Source of the DNA: Octopus vulgaris
Taxonomy: Eukaryota
Length of the DNA stretch: 64,000 bases
Assembly (NCBI GenBank): GCA_951406725.2
Contig: OX597831.1
Coordinates: forward strand, 4,526,001 to 4,590,000
Direction of reading: 5' to 3'
Each line of letters begins with the position of its first letter. Position 1 is the first letter of the stretch. The notes under the pieces were generated by a model that worked only from the letters and a program-made list of their open reading frames with translations, was not told the DNA's origin and searched no databases. Position numbers and translations under genes: made by a program. Below, in pieces: positions 12,629-25,361 of the stretch.

Positions 12629-13037
12629 ATGGTTTCAAATTTTGTCACAGGGGCTGTAATTTTGGAGGGAGGAATGAGTCGATTACATCACCCCTCCCAC
12701 TCAGTGTTCAACTGGTACTTAATTTATCGACCCCCGACAGGATGAAAGGCAAAGTCGACCCCGGGAGAATTTGAACTCAGAACGTAACGACGGGTGAAAT
12801 ACCCATTTCTTTACTACCCACAAGGGGCTAAACACAGAGGAGACAAACAAGGACAGACGAACGGATTAATTCGATTACATCGACCCCAGTGCGTAATTGG
12901 TACTTAATTTATCGACTCCCGAAAGAATGAAAAGCAAAGTCGACCTCGGCGGTATTTGAACTCAGAACATAACGACGGGTGAAATACTGCTATGCATTTC
13001 GTTTGGCACGCTAACGATTCTGCCAGCTCACCACCTT
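12629..13037 (-). mobile_element. SINE-B dimer (headed unit followed by a headless unit)
   Basis: Two Nin-like domains; junction gggtagtaaagaaatgggtatttc (minus) at ~12797-12820. Confidence 0.85.
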
Positions 13038-13065
13038 CATCACCACCACCACCACCACCACCACC

Positions 13066-13103
<38 letters not shown>

Positions 13104-13405
13104 CAACAACAACAACAACAACAACAGCAGCAATGATAATAATAAGAATGATAATAGTAATGATAACAATAAGAGGTACCAAATGGACAGAAGATGAAGA
13201 ATATGTCCAAATGTCATTGAACCGAATCGCACTTCTATGAGAAGATCTGTTTCAGTTCTCCACCCTCTTCTCACCCGTCTAATGGGGTTAATGTTGTTAC
13301 TAGTGGCTAACGGGTAGCACTGGATCAGCAGGAAGTATTACTTTCTGTACTCACTTAAATCTACCCGGTTTTAAAACACATGGCGGTGATAAGTCAAGTT
13401 GCATC

Positions 13406-13448
<43 letters not shown>

Positions 13449-13574
13449 ACACGCACATACATACACATACACACATGCGCACAAACGCAACAGCAATCTA
13501 CTTATAAAATTTATACACACGCATACAGACGGACAGTGATAATCACCAAAGGTATACCCATACATACATACATA

Positions 13575-13902
13575 GGAGCACTCCGTCGGTTGCGACGACG
13601 TGGGCCCCAGCTGATGCAATCAACGGAACAGCTTGCTCGTGAAATTAACGAGCAAGTGGCTGAGCACTCCACAGAAACGCGTAACCTTTAACGTAGTTCT
13701 GGGGGAGATTCTGGGTGACACAGAGTGTGACAAGGCTGGTCCTTTTGAAATACAGGTACTACTCATTTTTGCCAGCGGAGTGGACTGGAGCAACGTGAAA
13801 TAAAGCGTCTTGCTCAAGAGCACAACGCGCCGCCGGGAATTGAACTCACAACCTTACGATCATGAGCCGAATGCCCCTAACCATTAAGCCACGCGCCTTC
13901 AC
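13575..13902 (-). mobile_element. SINE-D (tail X), full length
   Basis: tRNA-like head gaaggcgcgtggcttaatggttaggggcattcggctcatgatcgtaaggttgtgagttcaattccc; ends in (TATG)n. Confidence 0.9.
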
Positions 13903-14000
13903 ATACATAATACATACATGTATACATACATACATACATACATACATACATACATACATACATACATACATACTTACATACATACATACATACATGCCCC

Positions 14001-14110
14001 ATAGAATAAGTACAGAGCTTACAAAGAATAAGTCCTGGGGTCGATTTGTTCGACAAAAAGCGGGCTCCAGCATGGCCGAGTCAAATGACTGAAACAAGTG
14101 AAAGAGTAAA
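14001..14110 (+). mobile_element. SINE-A 3' fragment
   Basis: atagaataagtac...ccagcatggccgagtcaaatgactgaaacaag. Confidence 0.8.
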
Positions 14111-14116
14111 ACAGTA

Positions 14117-14161
<45 letters not shown>

Positions 14162-14163
<2 letters not shown>

Positions 14164-14465
14164 GAAAGACACCTCTTGCTAATGTCCTGTTGTTTGCATT
14201 TGGATTTGTGTACCATTTCTCCGTTTTTTCTGTCCTTGTTTTCATATACATTTGTTGCCTTCTTCCAAGGAATCTAGTGCTCTTAGCTTAGATTTTCCTT
14301 GAGGCTGGCCAGATTGGAGCTGTCGAAACTGCAAAGATAATCTGGAACTCAATTGACGAAAGAAAACTCCGAATGACCCGTCCTTGGTTTTCGTGTCACT
14401 TTTTGTGTCATCTAACTGTCTGGATCTCTTGGCACCTGTTGCATTCTTGCCCCACTTTTTGTATT

Positions 14466-14467
<2 letters not shown>
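14162..14467. repeat. Dispersed repeat family E
   Basis: Inverse of 9435-9755; flanked by (TA)n on both sides. Confidence 0.7.
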
Positions 14468-14552
<85 letters not shown>

Positions 14553-14554
<2 letters not shown>

Positions 14555-14865
14555 CGCAATGGCCCAGTGGTTAGGGCAGCGGACTCGCGGTTGTAGGATC
14601 GCGGTTTCGATTCCCAGACCGGGCGTTGTGAGTGTTTATTGTGCGAAAACGCCTAAAGAAAAGCTCCACAACGCTCCGGCAGGGGGTGGTGGTGATCCCT
14701 GCTGTACTCTTTCGCCACAACTTTCTCTCACTCTTTCTTCTGTTGGCCTGCTCGCTTAGCCAGCGGGGTGGCGTCATTTGAAGGCTAAAACAATGCGAAG
14801 CGCATTGTGGCCAGCGATGTGTAGCAACATCTGATAGCCTGGTCGGTCACGGTGATCACGGTGAT
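14553..14865 (+). mobile_element. SINE-C with tail Y
   Basis: C head, then ctgctcgcttagccagcggggtggcgtcatttgaaggc... ending in tandem cacggtgat. Confidence 0.9.
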
Positions 14866-15023
14866 ATATATATGTATATATATACATCCATACATACATA
14901 CATACACACATCCAAACATACATATATATCTTTATTTTATTAAAGCTGTAAAGATTCTTTTTCAAGTGTTACCTAGAGTTTCATGTTATTGGTCGTTAGA
15001 CAGTTATGATGATACTGTATTGA

Positions 15024-15074
15024 TCACACCCGTCTGATGAACGATCACGTGAAACCCTGAGTAACAGTTTGTGA
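15024..15074 (+). ncRNA. Putative minimal type-I hammerhead ribozyme (PLE-type)
   Basis: CUGAUGA 15034-15040, stem II acg/cgt, GAAA 15051-15054, GUA 15061-15063; interrupted stem I gt/ac plus tcaca/tgtga. Confidence 0.55.
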
Positions 15075-15349
15075 AGATTTGCTTCAGTTTTAATAAAATA
15101 GAGCATAACTCTACTTTTGACATTTGAGTTCTATTTTTTTAAAAACCTTGTTTTACATCTGCCTCAAACTTGTGTGCAAATGCTGTGTATATATGTGTGT
15201 TTGTGTGTGTATGTGTGTGTGTATATTTATATACTTGTACACGTGTGTGCGCACAATTATTCCTTCTTTCAGTTCTCAATATTTTCTATTTTCTCTCTAA
15301 AAATCCCCTCACACCTACATGCACACACACATGCACACACACACACACG

Positions 15350-15381
<32 letters not shown>

Positions 15382-15403
15382 TTCACACACACACACACAC
15401 ACA

Positions 15404-15450
<47 letters not shown>

Positions 15451-15791
15451 AACTTACTGTATTTAGTCCTATTTCTAATAACATCCCTGTGCCGTCCATT
15501 TTTCCATTTTTGTTCATTTATGTTTACCTGGCTGTTTGCTGTATATTGTTGTTGTTCTTGATATTTTAGTGTCTTTAGTGTTTTTCGTGCCGTTAATATT
15601 GTTGTCACTATTGTTTATCGTTGTGCCGTTAATGAGGTTGGTTGTGATTCATTATCTTTGACTGATGCCAAACTGACCAATATCTTATGACAACTCGTCA
15701 ATTACACGGATCTAAGGCCATCTTCAAATAGAAATTTCTCTATATACTTACTATTACGCATACATAATGCACACAAGTACACGCGTGTATA

Positions 15792-15849
<58 letters not shown>

Positions 15850-15881
15850 CACATATATATACACATATATACATATACATA

Positions 15882-15913
<32 letters not shown>

Positions 15914-16069
15914 CACACATACATATATACGTATATAAATATATGTACATATACACATATACATACATGTATGCATATATACATCTGTAAATATATGTTT
16001 GTATATATACATCTATATATATATATATCTCTCTCTGTATATATATATGTTTATATATGTGTGTATATA

Positions 16070-16453
16070 TCTCTCTCTATATAAACGGCAGTTTGTCTGT
16101 GTGTGTTTCTGTGTGTCTGTTTGCTTGTACCCTCACCCTGACCACGGCTTTCAACCGATTCTGATGAAACTTGACACACACATAGCCCAATGTCATAATT
16201 CAAAACTAACGCAGCGAAAATTTTGAAAAGTTCCCCCAGTTCTGAAAAAGATCGATAAATTCGACATGGGGTCGACAATCAGAAACAAACCACAGATGGT
16301 CTAGGGGACGCAACTCGACCTTTTTAACTATCAAAAAAAATTTACCATAATTTTTTTCCCCATTTTTTGGCTATTTTTTTGGCTATAACTCTCTAAAAAT
16401 GCTTTATAGTTATTTCCCTTACAAACCTGAGCAACGCCGGGCGATACTGCTAG
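16070..16453 (+). mobile_element. Non-autonomous Helitron
   Basis: A|TC 5' end, subterminal cctgagcaacgccggg hairpin, CTAG|T 3' end, no TSD. Confidence 0.8.
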
Positions 16454-16673
16454 TATATATATATATATACCCATATATAAGCATATACATGCACATATAC
16501 ATATATATATTTATATATATACACATATATAAACATATACATACACATATATATATATATGTACACACATATACATCTACATATATATGTGTGTGTATGC
16601 TTGTGTGTTTGTGTGTATATATATATGTATAAACATACATATATGATTAAAAATAAAATGAACTAAGAGATTA

Positions 16674-17062
16674 TTTCGCTTGTGTATTTGGTTTGGAAGA
16701 TGCTTGATCTGAACTCGTGTGTTGTTACAGATTTTATTTCGTCTCGGGAGGGTCATTATGCCAAAAATAACCACACGCACTGGTTCTATTTCACTTCTTT
16801 ATTATTGGGACCTAAATTCGAACCAACATAGAGAATGTATGGTATTGAAGAAGTCGAGAAATGTGATGCGAGTACATTCATAATGTAACTGATTGATTGA
16901 TTGATTGATTGATTAATTGATTGATTGACTGATTAGCTGCATGATTAATCAAACAATCGGTTACTCGGATGGTTAAGCAGACAACCAATTAACAAATAAT
17001 AAGAACTGAAACTGAACCAGTGCGTGTGTCTTTTTTCTTTTGGCATGATGGTGTTCCCGAGA
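16674..17062. mobile_element. Foldback/MITE-like element, family H
   Basis: Inverted arms 16742-16807 and 16993-17062; homologous to 38638-39058 and 20973-21157. Confidence 0.7.
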
Positions 17063-17305
17063 TACATGCGCTACGACAAGTAACTCAATAAATCAGCAAT
17101 TTGAATTTGAATGACAAAGGGCGACACATGGAAACTGTACAAATACTGTACAAATTCTTTTTATTCCTTAGCGCATTTAAATATCCATCATATCAATTAA
17201 TACTGGCCATATTCTATTCCTACCTTGTTTCCTATATATAAAAATTCATAGTTAATTTTAGTACCAACTCTCACAATACAACTCTTTAACTTATATTCAC
17301 AAGTA

Positions 17306-17467
17306 GGCGCAGGAGTGGCTGTGCGGTAAGTAGCTTGCTTACTATCCACATGTTTCCGGGTTCAGTTCCACTGCGTACCACCTTGGGCAAGTGCCTTCTA
17401 CTAAACACTCGGGCCGACCAAAGCCTTGTGAGTGGATTTGGTAAACGGAAACTGAAAGAAGCCTGCC

Positions 17468-17508
<41 letters not shown>

Positions 17509-17566
17509 GCGTGTGTGTTTGTATGTCTGTGTTTCTACCCCCGCCATCGCTTGGCAACCGATGCTG
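17306..17566 (+). mobile_element. SINE-A, 5' portion
   Basis: Head and internal microsatellite. Confidence 0.85.
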
Positions 17567-17739
17567 GAACAAAGACACATACATAAATATAAATATATAT
17601 ATATATTTATATATATAAGTAGTTGAATGAATTATCTTAGTATGGATAATTCGGTTAACCGAAACCTATGCAGCCTTCGAAACATATGTCGAAAATAAAG
17701 GAATTTTGTTAAATCGTCGTTCAACTCCATTCTTTCATT

Positions 17740-17774
<35 letters not shown>

Positions 17775-17808
17775 TCTCTCACCCGAAATAGCTGGCATTG
17801 GGCCACTG

Positions 17809-18024
17809 AGGCGGCGAGCTGGCAGAATCGTTAATGCGGCGGGCAAAACGCTCAGTGCGGAATTTCGCTCATCTTTACGTCCAGAGTTCAAATTCCGACC
17901 AGGTCAACTTTGCCCTTCGTCCTTTCAGGATCGATAAAACATGTACCAGCTGAGCTCCGGGGTCGATTTCATCGACTTACCTCTTCCTTCGAAACTGCTG
18001 GTCATGGACCAAAATTTGTAACCA
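17809..18024 (+). mobile_element. SINE-B with head
   Basis: aggcggcgagctggcagaatcgtta... plus Nin-like domain. Confidence 0.8.
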
Positions 18025-18026
18025 AT

Positions 18027-18423
18027 ATTCTTTTACTTGTTTCAGTCATTTGACTGCGGCCATGCTGGAGCACCGCCTTTAGTCGAGCAAATCGACCCCA
18101 GGACTTATTCTTTGTAAGCCTAGTACTTATTCTATCGTTTTCTTTTGCCGAACCGCTAAGTTACGGGGACGTAAACACACCAGCATCGGTTGTCAAGCGA
18201 TGCTGTGCGGACAAACACAGACACACAAACATACACACACACACACACATATATACATATATATATATATATACATATATATATACATACATACGACGGG
18301 CTTCTTTCAGTTTCCGTCTACCAATTCCGCTCACAAGGCATTGGTCGGTCCGAGGCTATAGTAGAAGATACTTGCCCAAGATGCCACGCAGTGGGATTGA
18401 ACCCAGAACCATGTGGTTGGTAA
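18027..18423 (-). mobile_element. SINE-A, lacking ~35 bp of head
   Basis: High similarity to the family consensus. Confidence 0.9.
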
Positions 18424-18673
18424 GGACTATTATCCATGACCATCACGTCCATTTTTCAAACATCGTTTAACTAGGATTATTTTTAACCAAAATACCCTTC
18501 CTTTTCTAAAGCTAGTACAGCGTGGTTTGACGGTGATTTTGTAGTTATTTCTAGCATAGTGACGATTCCAAGGCTCCAAGTTCGCTTGTTCCCGTTGCTG
18601 GTATGGTAGCGTTTTGTTTTATTTGTGTTGTAATTGGCAATAGTTTTGTTGTTGTTGTTACTATTCATAGTCT

Positions 18674-18677
18674 TACT

Positions 18678-18724
<47 letters not shown>

Positions 18725-18727
18725 TGT

Positions 18728-18758
<31 letters not shown>

Positions 18759-18792
18759 TAATAATTATTATTATTATTAGTAGTAGTAGTAG

Positions 18793-18824
<32 letters not shown>

Positions 18825-18840
18825 GATGTCGTCGTCGTCC
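18674..18840. repeat. (TAG)n(TTA)n(TTG)n compound trinucleotide repeat
   Basis: Directly visible. Confidence 0.95.
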
Positions 18841-19315
18841 TTGTTTTTTTCTCGTTGTTGTAGTATGCACATCACCATTCGGTAGGCGGAAATAAAACGC
18901 AAGATGAGAAATATTCATCATTAATTAAGATAATTAATGATATTTTATAATTAATAAGTTTTATTTATTTATTTTTTTTATATTAAAAAATAACTTTTTC
19001 TTTGTTTTTTTTTTTTTATTCGTTCATTCTCGGGTGATTTATTTCTGATTGAATCATTATTTACAGAACCGTGGCACAATCAGTAAAGTAACAAACACAA
19101 GGATGTCGATGAAAATTTAGCATTCTCAGTTCAATCCCCGTCGCAGGCAACATTGCATTTTTTTCTGTTGCAGTGTAGTTATTATAAATACCAGTTATAT
19201 ACTGAGGTAAATTTTGCAAAATATTATATATATATAATTGCAGCGTGGAAGGTGTTTGTAACCCATTTAAGAAACACACAAAAGCCGTTCGATTCACTTC
19301 AACATTTAAGTCTAA

Positions 19316-19366
19316 TTTGTCAAAATATTTTCGTCGCTATAAGACCGCGACCTGTTCACTGACAAA
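19316..19366 (-). ncRNA. Putative type-I hammerhead ribozyme with G3-C8 core variant
   Basis: Minus strand: tttgtca GUGAACA g gtcgc(ggtcttata)gcgac GAAA atat UU tgacaaa; 7-bp stem I, 5-bp stem II, palindromic stem III. Confidence 0.65.
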
Positions 19367-19489
19367 AATCCGTGCTATGATTTTACAAAATATATCTCTC
19401 TTCTAATATGTTAGGCCATCAGCCGTTGTTAGAGATCCTTATTTAGGTGAAGAGCGTTATCTGGTAGAGCAACATATGAAAGTTATTGA

Positions 19490-19914
19490 AGTGTGGTGAT
19501 GGCAGAATCGGTAGAGTATCAGGAAAACTAAAAGTTGATTCTGATTTCGAATATTCTTATGGATTATTTTTGCCTTTCATCCTTCCAAAGTCGATAAAAT
19601 AAAGCACCAGTCATCTCCTAGGTTCATGTTTATCCACTGACCCGCCACAATCCAAAATTGCTGATCTTGTGTCTAAATTAGAAAAAAAATTATTAAAGAC
19701 ATCGAGCCGAAAGAATCGTTAGGATGCCAAAAAATGGTTAGCGGCATTTCATCTGTCTATAAGATTTTAGTTCAAGTACCGCCATGGTCCACTTTGCCTT
19801 TCATCCTTTCAGGGGTCGATGAAATCCGTTTGTCTGACCTTGTTTATCCCCTCTGTGTTTAGCCCCTTGTGGGCAATAAAGAAATAAGAAACGTTAGCAT
19901 GCCGGACAAAATGC
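19490..19914 (+). mobile_element. Two degenerate SINE-B copies plus the start of a further unit
   Basis: Nin-like domains at ~19570 and ~19790. Confidence 0.75.
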
Positions 19915-19920
19915 TTAGAG

Positions 19921-20175
19921 GCATTTCGCCCGGCGTGCTAACGATTCTTATTTCTTTATTGCTCACAAGGGGCTAAACATAGAGGGGACAAACAAGAACA
20001 GACAGATTAAGTCGATTACATCGACCCCAGTGCGTAACTGGTACTTATTTAATCGACCCCGAAAGGATGAAAGGCAAAGTCGACCTCGGTGGAATTTGAA
20101 ATCAGAACGTAGCGGCAGACGAAATACCGCTAAGTATTTCGTCCTGCGTGCTAACGTTTCTGCCGTTCGCCACCT
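19921..20175 (-). mobile_element. SINE-B, inverted against the preceding copy
   Basis: Head at 20175; forms a palindrome centred at 19915-19920. Confidence 0.85.
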
Positions 20176-20274
20176 TTATGACCGAAGACAATATTCTTTC
20201 CTACTCTAGGCACAAATTTTTGTTGCTATTTTTTTTTTACTCTTATAATATGTGTGAGTGTGTGTATACATCTA

Positions 20275-20478
20275 ATCGTGTGTCGTTGTTCTTGTCTTCA
20301 TTTAGTACCAGCACTTGACAACCGGTGCTGGTTTGTTTGAAGTTCGGCAATGAGACCAATAGAATAAGTTACCAAGCTTAAATATAAAAAAGAGTATTGG
20401 GGTGAATTTGTTTGCCTAAAAAGCTTGGGGGCACTGCCCCGGCATGGCTGCAGTCCAATGACTGTAGCAAGCAAAATA
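20275..20478 (+). mobile_element. Degenerate SINE-A 3' half
   Basis: cttgacaaccggtgctgg...atagaataag...ggcatggctgcagtccaatgactg. Confidence 0.65.
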
Positions 20479-20972
20479 TCAAACTGCTGAACGGGTATTT
20501 TGTCCAGCCTTCATCTCACGGATTCTTGTTTCTGCCATATTCTGGATAAACAATCGGGGAACAAATGCAAAACCAGTGGAGATGCGACTCGAACCACGAA
20601 TAAATCACTTGTTGGACAACTGCCGAGTTTATTATACCATAGTAGATGTGATAATGGTGTATATATAATACGGGTGTGTTTAACCAGTGTGCAGAATGAT
20701 ATGAAGAGGGAGAGAGGAATTCCCTTGAGCGACCCGGAGAAAAGAGCGAAAGAGAAGTTGAGTAAACCTGTTGACGAAATCTCTGTATTAAAAGTCGATC
20801 TGTTCTGGGGTCTCGTGGGAACGTAACACTTAAGAATATAAACAGATGTAGGAAAGAAACAGAACTAAATAATACGCACACGTACAAGCACACGTATACA
20901 CACCCATACATACACATATTAACATATAGATATACCTACATATTCACACATACGTATATATATATATATATA

Positions 20973-21157
20973 TATTTCGTTTTGGGATTTGGATTGCAAG
21001 ATTCTTTATATGAGGTCGTGTGTTGAAGCATATTCTGTTGTGTCTGGGGAGAGGCATTTTGCTAGGAAAATAAAAATAAGAAATAAGTGGAAATTTTACC
21101 GGTGAGTGTGTTACATTATAAGGCACAAAAAGAAAATGGCTCTCCCCAGACACAACA
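20973..21157. mobile_element. Foldback element related to family H, internally deleted
   Basis: ctgttgtgtctggggagag ... ctctccccagacacaacag inverted repeat; fragment also at 26240-26300. Confidence 0.65.
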
Positions 21158-21184
21158 GTATATATATATATGGTAGACGGAACA

Positions 21185-21221
<37 letters not shown>

Positions 21222-22085
21222 CGAAGACTGATCAATAAGTATCCAAACTGTTGCCATGGTAACGAAGCATGCTAAAGAACCCAGAGTGAAGCCGCTTGGC
21301 ACAGTTTGACCTTGAACTCTGCTGCGCGTGCGCACTAAATGTTAACGTTCCAGCTCACTTCCGCTGTTTACAGCAGTGCTTGGAAGGAAGGTGTGTAGCG
21401 TGTGATTGTCGCATTGACCATAACAGAGAAAGTTGTCATGGCAATACCTGCTCAGAGGCCAACGCATAGTGGCAGAAAGTGTATGGAGAGGAGTGTATGA
21501 GCCGCACACAAGTGTACGATTTGTTTCAGAAGTTTCCAAGCTGGCCGAAAAAATGTCGATATCGACGAATGTTCTGGGAGTCCCACAAGTAGCAGAACTG
21601 CGAAAAACCCCACAGATATGCGTGCAGGTGAGAGGGGAAATTGTCAAATCACCATTTGTGTGTTATCAGAGGATGTGCAGATTAGTTACAGTTCAGTTCA
21701 GTTCATTGAAGATTTGGGTACGAGACGCGCATCTACCAACGTTGTGCCACAACTGCTTTCAGCTGGCCAAAAAGACACTTGGGCTTCAGTTGCACAAAAT
21801 CTCCTTGATTGTGTCGAGAACGATGAAGACGTTTTGAAAACTTTGCGTATGCCTCTGAGTAGGTGTCGCCAAGCTTTTGTCAAAATTTGATGCAGATTCT
21901 CTGCACAGATTTCTCTGTCATGGTCAATGCTACACACTTTCTTTCCAAGCACTGCTGTAAACACGGTGAGCTAAAACTTTAAAACTTAGTGCGATGCACA
22001 TCAGTTCAAGGTCAATCTTTGCGAAGCAGTTTCACTCTCTGTATTCTATCTTCGTTACTATGGCAACACTCCGGATCAAACCACG
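21222..22085 (+). mobile_element. Mariner-derived palindromic element: two inverted left ends around a decayed 5' transposase
   Basis: TA-flanked TIR cgaagactgatcaataagtatcc; plus strand encodes VYGEECMSRTQVY...ITICVLSEDVQISYSSVQ..DLGTRR...VPQLL; minus strand encodes MTEKSVQRICIKF*QKLGDTYSEAY. Confidence 0.9.
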
Positions 22086-22352
<267 letters not shown>

Positions 22353-22391
22353 ATGCATATATACGTGTATATATACAAACACACACATGTA

Positions 22392-22706
22392 TGAAGGTGC
22401 ATGACTTAGTGGTATTCTGCTCACGATCGTAGGGTCGTGAGTTCAATTCTCGGCAACGCGTTGTGTCCTTGAGCAAGACACTTCATTTCACGTTGCTCCA
22501 GGTCTTTCAGCTGGCAAAACTGAGTTGTACCAGTAATACAAATGGCCAGCCTTATCAGACTGTCCCATGCTGAATCTTCCTGAGAATTATATTGAGGATA
22601 CTTATGTTAGTGGAGTCCCCACCCACATGCCCTTTCGTTTCATGAGCAGGCCGTTCCGTTGACTGAATCAACAGGAACAGGCATCGTCGCAACCGACTGA
22701 ATGCCA
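22392..22706 (+). mobile_element. SINE-D (tail X), diverged
   Basis: ttgtgtccttgagcaagacacttcatttcacgttgctccag. Confidence 0.8.
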
Positions 22707-23180
22707 GATTTTTGCTTCTCCGGGTTTATGAGAATTCCGTCGTTATCCGATGCTTTGTTTTGTTTTTTTTTTTGAAATTTCAGTAGAGGCCCCATTTATA
22801 TTTCTAATCTCTTTGGGTAAACAGTTGAATACTTAAGGACCTCTGAATATTAGACTGGCACAGCAGAGTGCTTTTGCTCGTGTGTGTGAAGATGGTATGT
22901 TTGGAAGCTGACAATACCTTCAAATTTTGAGTATTAAAATTCGTTTTAATGCCGATGCTTGGAACATGCCCCTCCAGGATCTTCCATACGTATATAAGAG
23001 TATATATCTCTCTTCAAGAGAGTAGACACGCAGAGGTTTCAGGCGTTCTCAGTTATTAAGGCCGTTAACCGAAATATATACATATACATAAAGACACACA
23101 CACATATATATACACATACATACACATGTAAGATATGAATTATGCACATGTATGCATGCATGTATGTATGTAAGTATATG

Positions 23181-23211
<31 letters not shown>

Positions 23212-23214
23212 ATA

Positions 23215-23264
<50 letters not shown>

Positions 23265-23664
23265 TGTGTATATATATATGAGTGTGTGTGCGTATATGAA
23301 CGTGCATGTGTATGTATGTATGTATGTAAGCAGGTATATGCTTATGTATGTATTAGATAATATACAAATATATACATACGTTTATGACACTACAAATTAT
23401 ATATACATAGATGTATACGTATAGCTGTGTATATATATATATATATCTACATGAATAGGTCAACATCTATATACGCATACAGATATATACATATGCGCAC
23501 ATGTATATACACATGCATATCTATCAAGATAAATATTTATTTACATATATATATATATGCATACATAAATATATATGTTCACGTATGTATGTATATATAT
23601 ATATATATCCACACACTTACACAAATACACACATACATGCATACATACATAAATACATACGCAA

Positions 23665-23727
<63 letters not shown>

Positions 23728-24069
23728 CCTTAATATATACACCTTCATACATACGTACGGTATGTCTCATAAAACACTAGAAATGATATATAGACATTGA
23801 CAAACCAACAACACTACAATGGCGGTTTCTCCCTCTTCTAATGGTTTTACCAGAACAATTTACAAATGCCATCACCTCTCCCCCTGCTCCTCCCCTTTTC
23901 CTCTTTCTTCCGCCTCCTCCTTCTTCCACTTCCCCCACTTCTTCCTCTACCTCCTTCTCCTCTTCCCCTCTCTTTTATACAAACGCCACTGACACCTTTT
24001 CTTTCTTTCTTTCAAGCTTTTGTTTTAAGCTTATTCTCGTTTATTTTATAAAACATTTTAAGGAGTATT

Positions 24070-25212
24070 TTATTTGAGGAAAGTTTGGCTACCACTTCTA
24101 ACAAATGGAGAAGACATGTAGAAGAGACTCTCCTGTTTTATCGTTGTTTTCCATTTAAGAAAAGTCTTACATATTTTTACTGTTCCACTCACAGATTGCA
24201 CTTGTAATGTACGAATCAGCCGGTCGATTTCTCTGTCTGAAAATCCCAGTTTATCCACATTCTCCTTTAAGCATCTACTAACAAAACCTAGTGCTCCAAT
24301 TATTATTGGTATGAATATGAATTCATAGTCTGGATATAGAAACTGGAGGTTTCAAAGTAGTTGTCCATAGATATCCTCTTTTTCTTTGATTTTCAAACAG
24401 ATATTTATATCCGCAGGGCAGTTAACCTCTATGATGGTACATACTTTTGCCCCTCTGCTCCAAACAACAATATCCGGCCTGTTATGCTTACATTTGGCAG
24501 AAGTTATGATGGAATTATTCCACTAGTATTCCTTGAGTTGGTGTTTATAAATATATTCCATAGCAGAGGGATTTTCTCAGTTTATTCAGTAGATTTTCTC
24601 AGTTTATTTTTGTAGATGGCATTGTTTCAGCAACTACATCGTGCTGCATAGGGAGGTAGCACCGAGACGACATTTTAGGACAGCTACTAATCACATGCGT
24701 AATGTCTTCCACAGAAACATGACATAGCCTACACATGCGGTTGTACCTTGGGATTAAAAGAGCGTCACTGCCTCTCTTGTTCCCCAGGTACTTTGTGGCA
24801 ATCTCCTGTTCCTGGATTGCAAACGCATAGCTTTCAGAGTGTGATGTGATGTTGTAGTCTTGTGTCCAAGAGAGGCTGCACATCGTATCAATTCAACTGT
24901 CTTCTTCAAGCTTCCGGGTAACAGACTCATGCATGTTCTTTTTTTTTCTTTTTTGTATGCTGAGTGCTTTCCATCAAGGTCTTCTCTGAGGTAAGGGAGT
25001 CCAACTGTTTCAGAGCTGTATAGGAGATCATCAGGATGAGAGTGTTTCCTGAGGAGTTCACTGCCACTTCATGGAATGTTGCTCACTTCACTTTTCAGCA
25101 CTGCATTTATATATTTATTTTTGCAGCTGTTGTTTAGCAGGTGCTGCCTGAGTGATACCATACGGCATGCGAAAGCCGTCTGCACTGATCTCAGGCCTTT
25201 ACCACCTTCATT
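24070..25212 (-). mobile_element. RLE-type (R4/Dong/NeSL-like) non-LTR retrotransposon 3' fragment, pseudogenised
   Basis: CCHC knuckle CRLCHVSVEDITHVISSC, AIQEQEIATKY, NRPDIVVW and PIIIGALG motifs; frameshifts and stops. Confidence 0.85.
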
Positions 25213-25261
25213 TCTTCCTATGTATGTATGCATGTATGCATGTATGCATGTATGTATGTGT

Positions 25262-25361
25262 CATTATTCAGTTTTATTTCTTGTCAATAGGAAAAGAGCC
25301 GGTTTCTAAACTAGATCCAAAGCTCCTTCATAGGAATTTCAATATCAACAGGGTGTTGTTG
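25262..25361 (+). repeat. Repeat family F, between (TATG)n tracts
   Basis: Homologous to 9760-10005. Confidence 0.7.

Noticed and set aside
13840-13902. tRNA gene candidates at SINE heads
   Set aside because: They continue into SINE bodies in many copies and lack a complete acceptor stem and terminator
20500-20826. 108-aa ORF in non-repetitive sequence
   Set aside because: Non-ATG start, no recognisable domain, no supporting splice pattern
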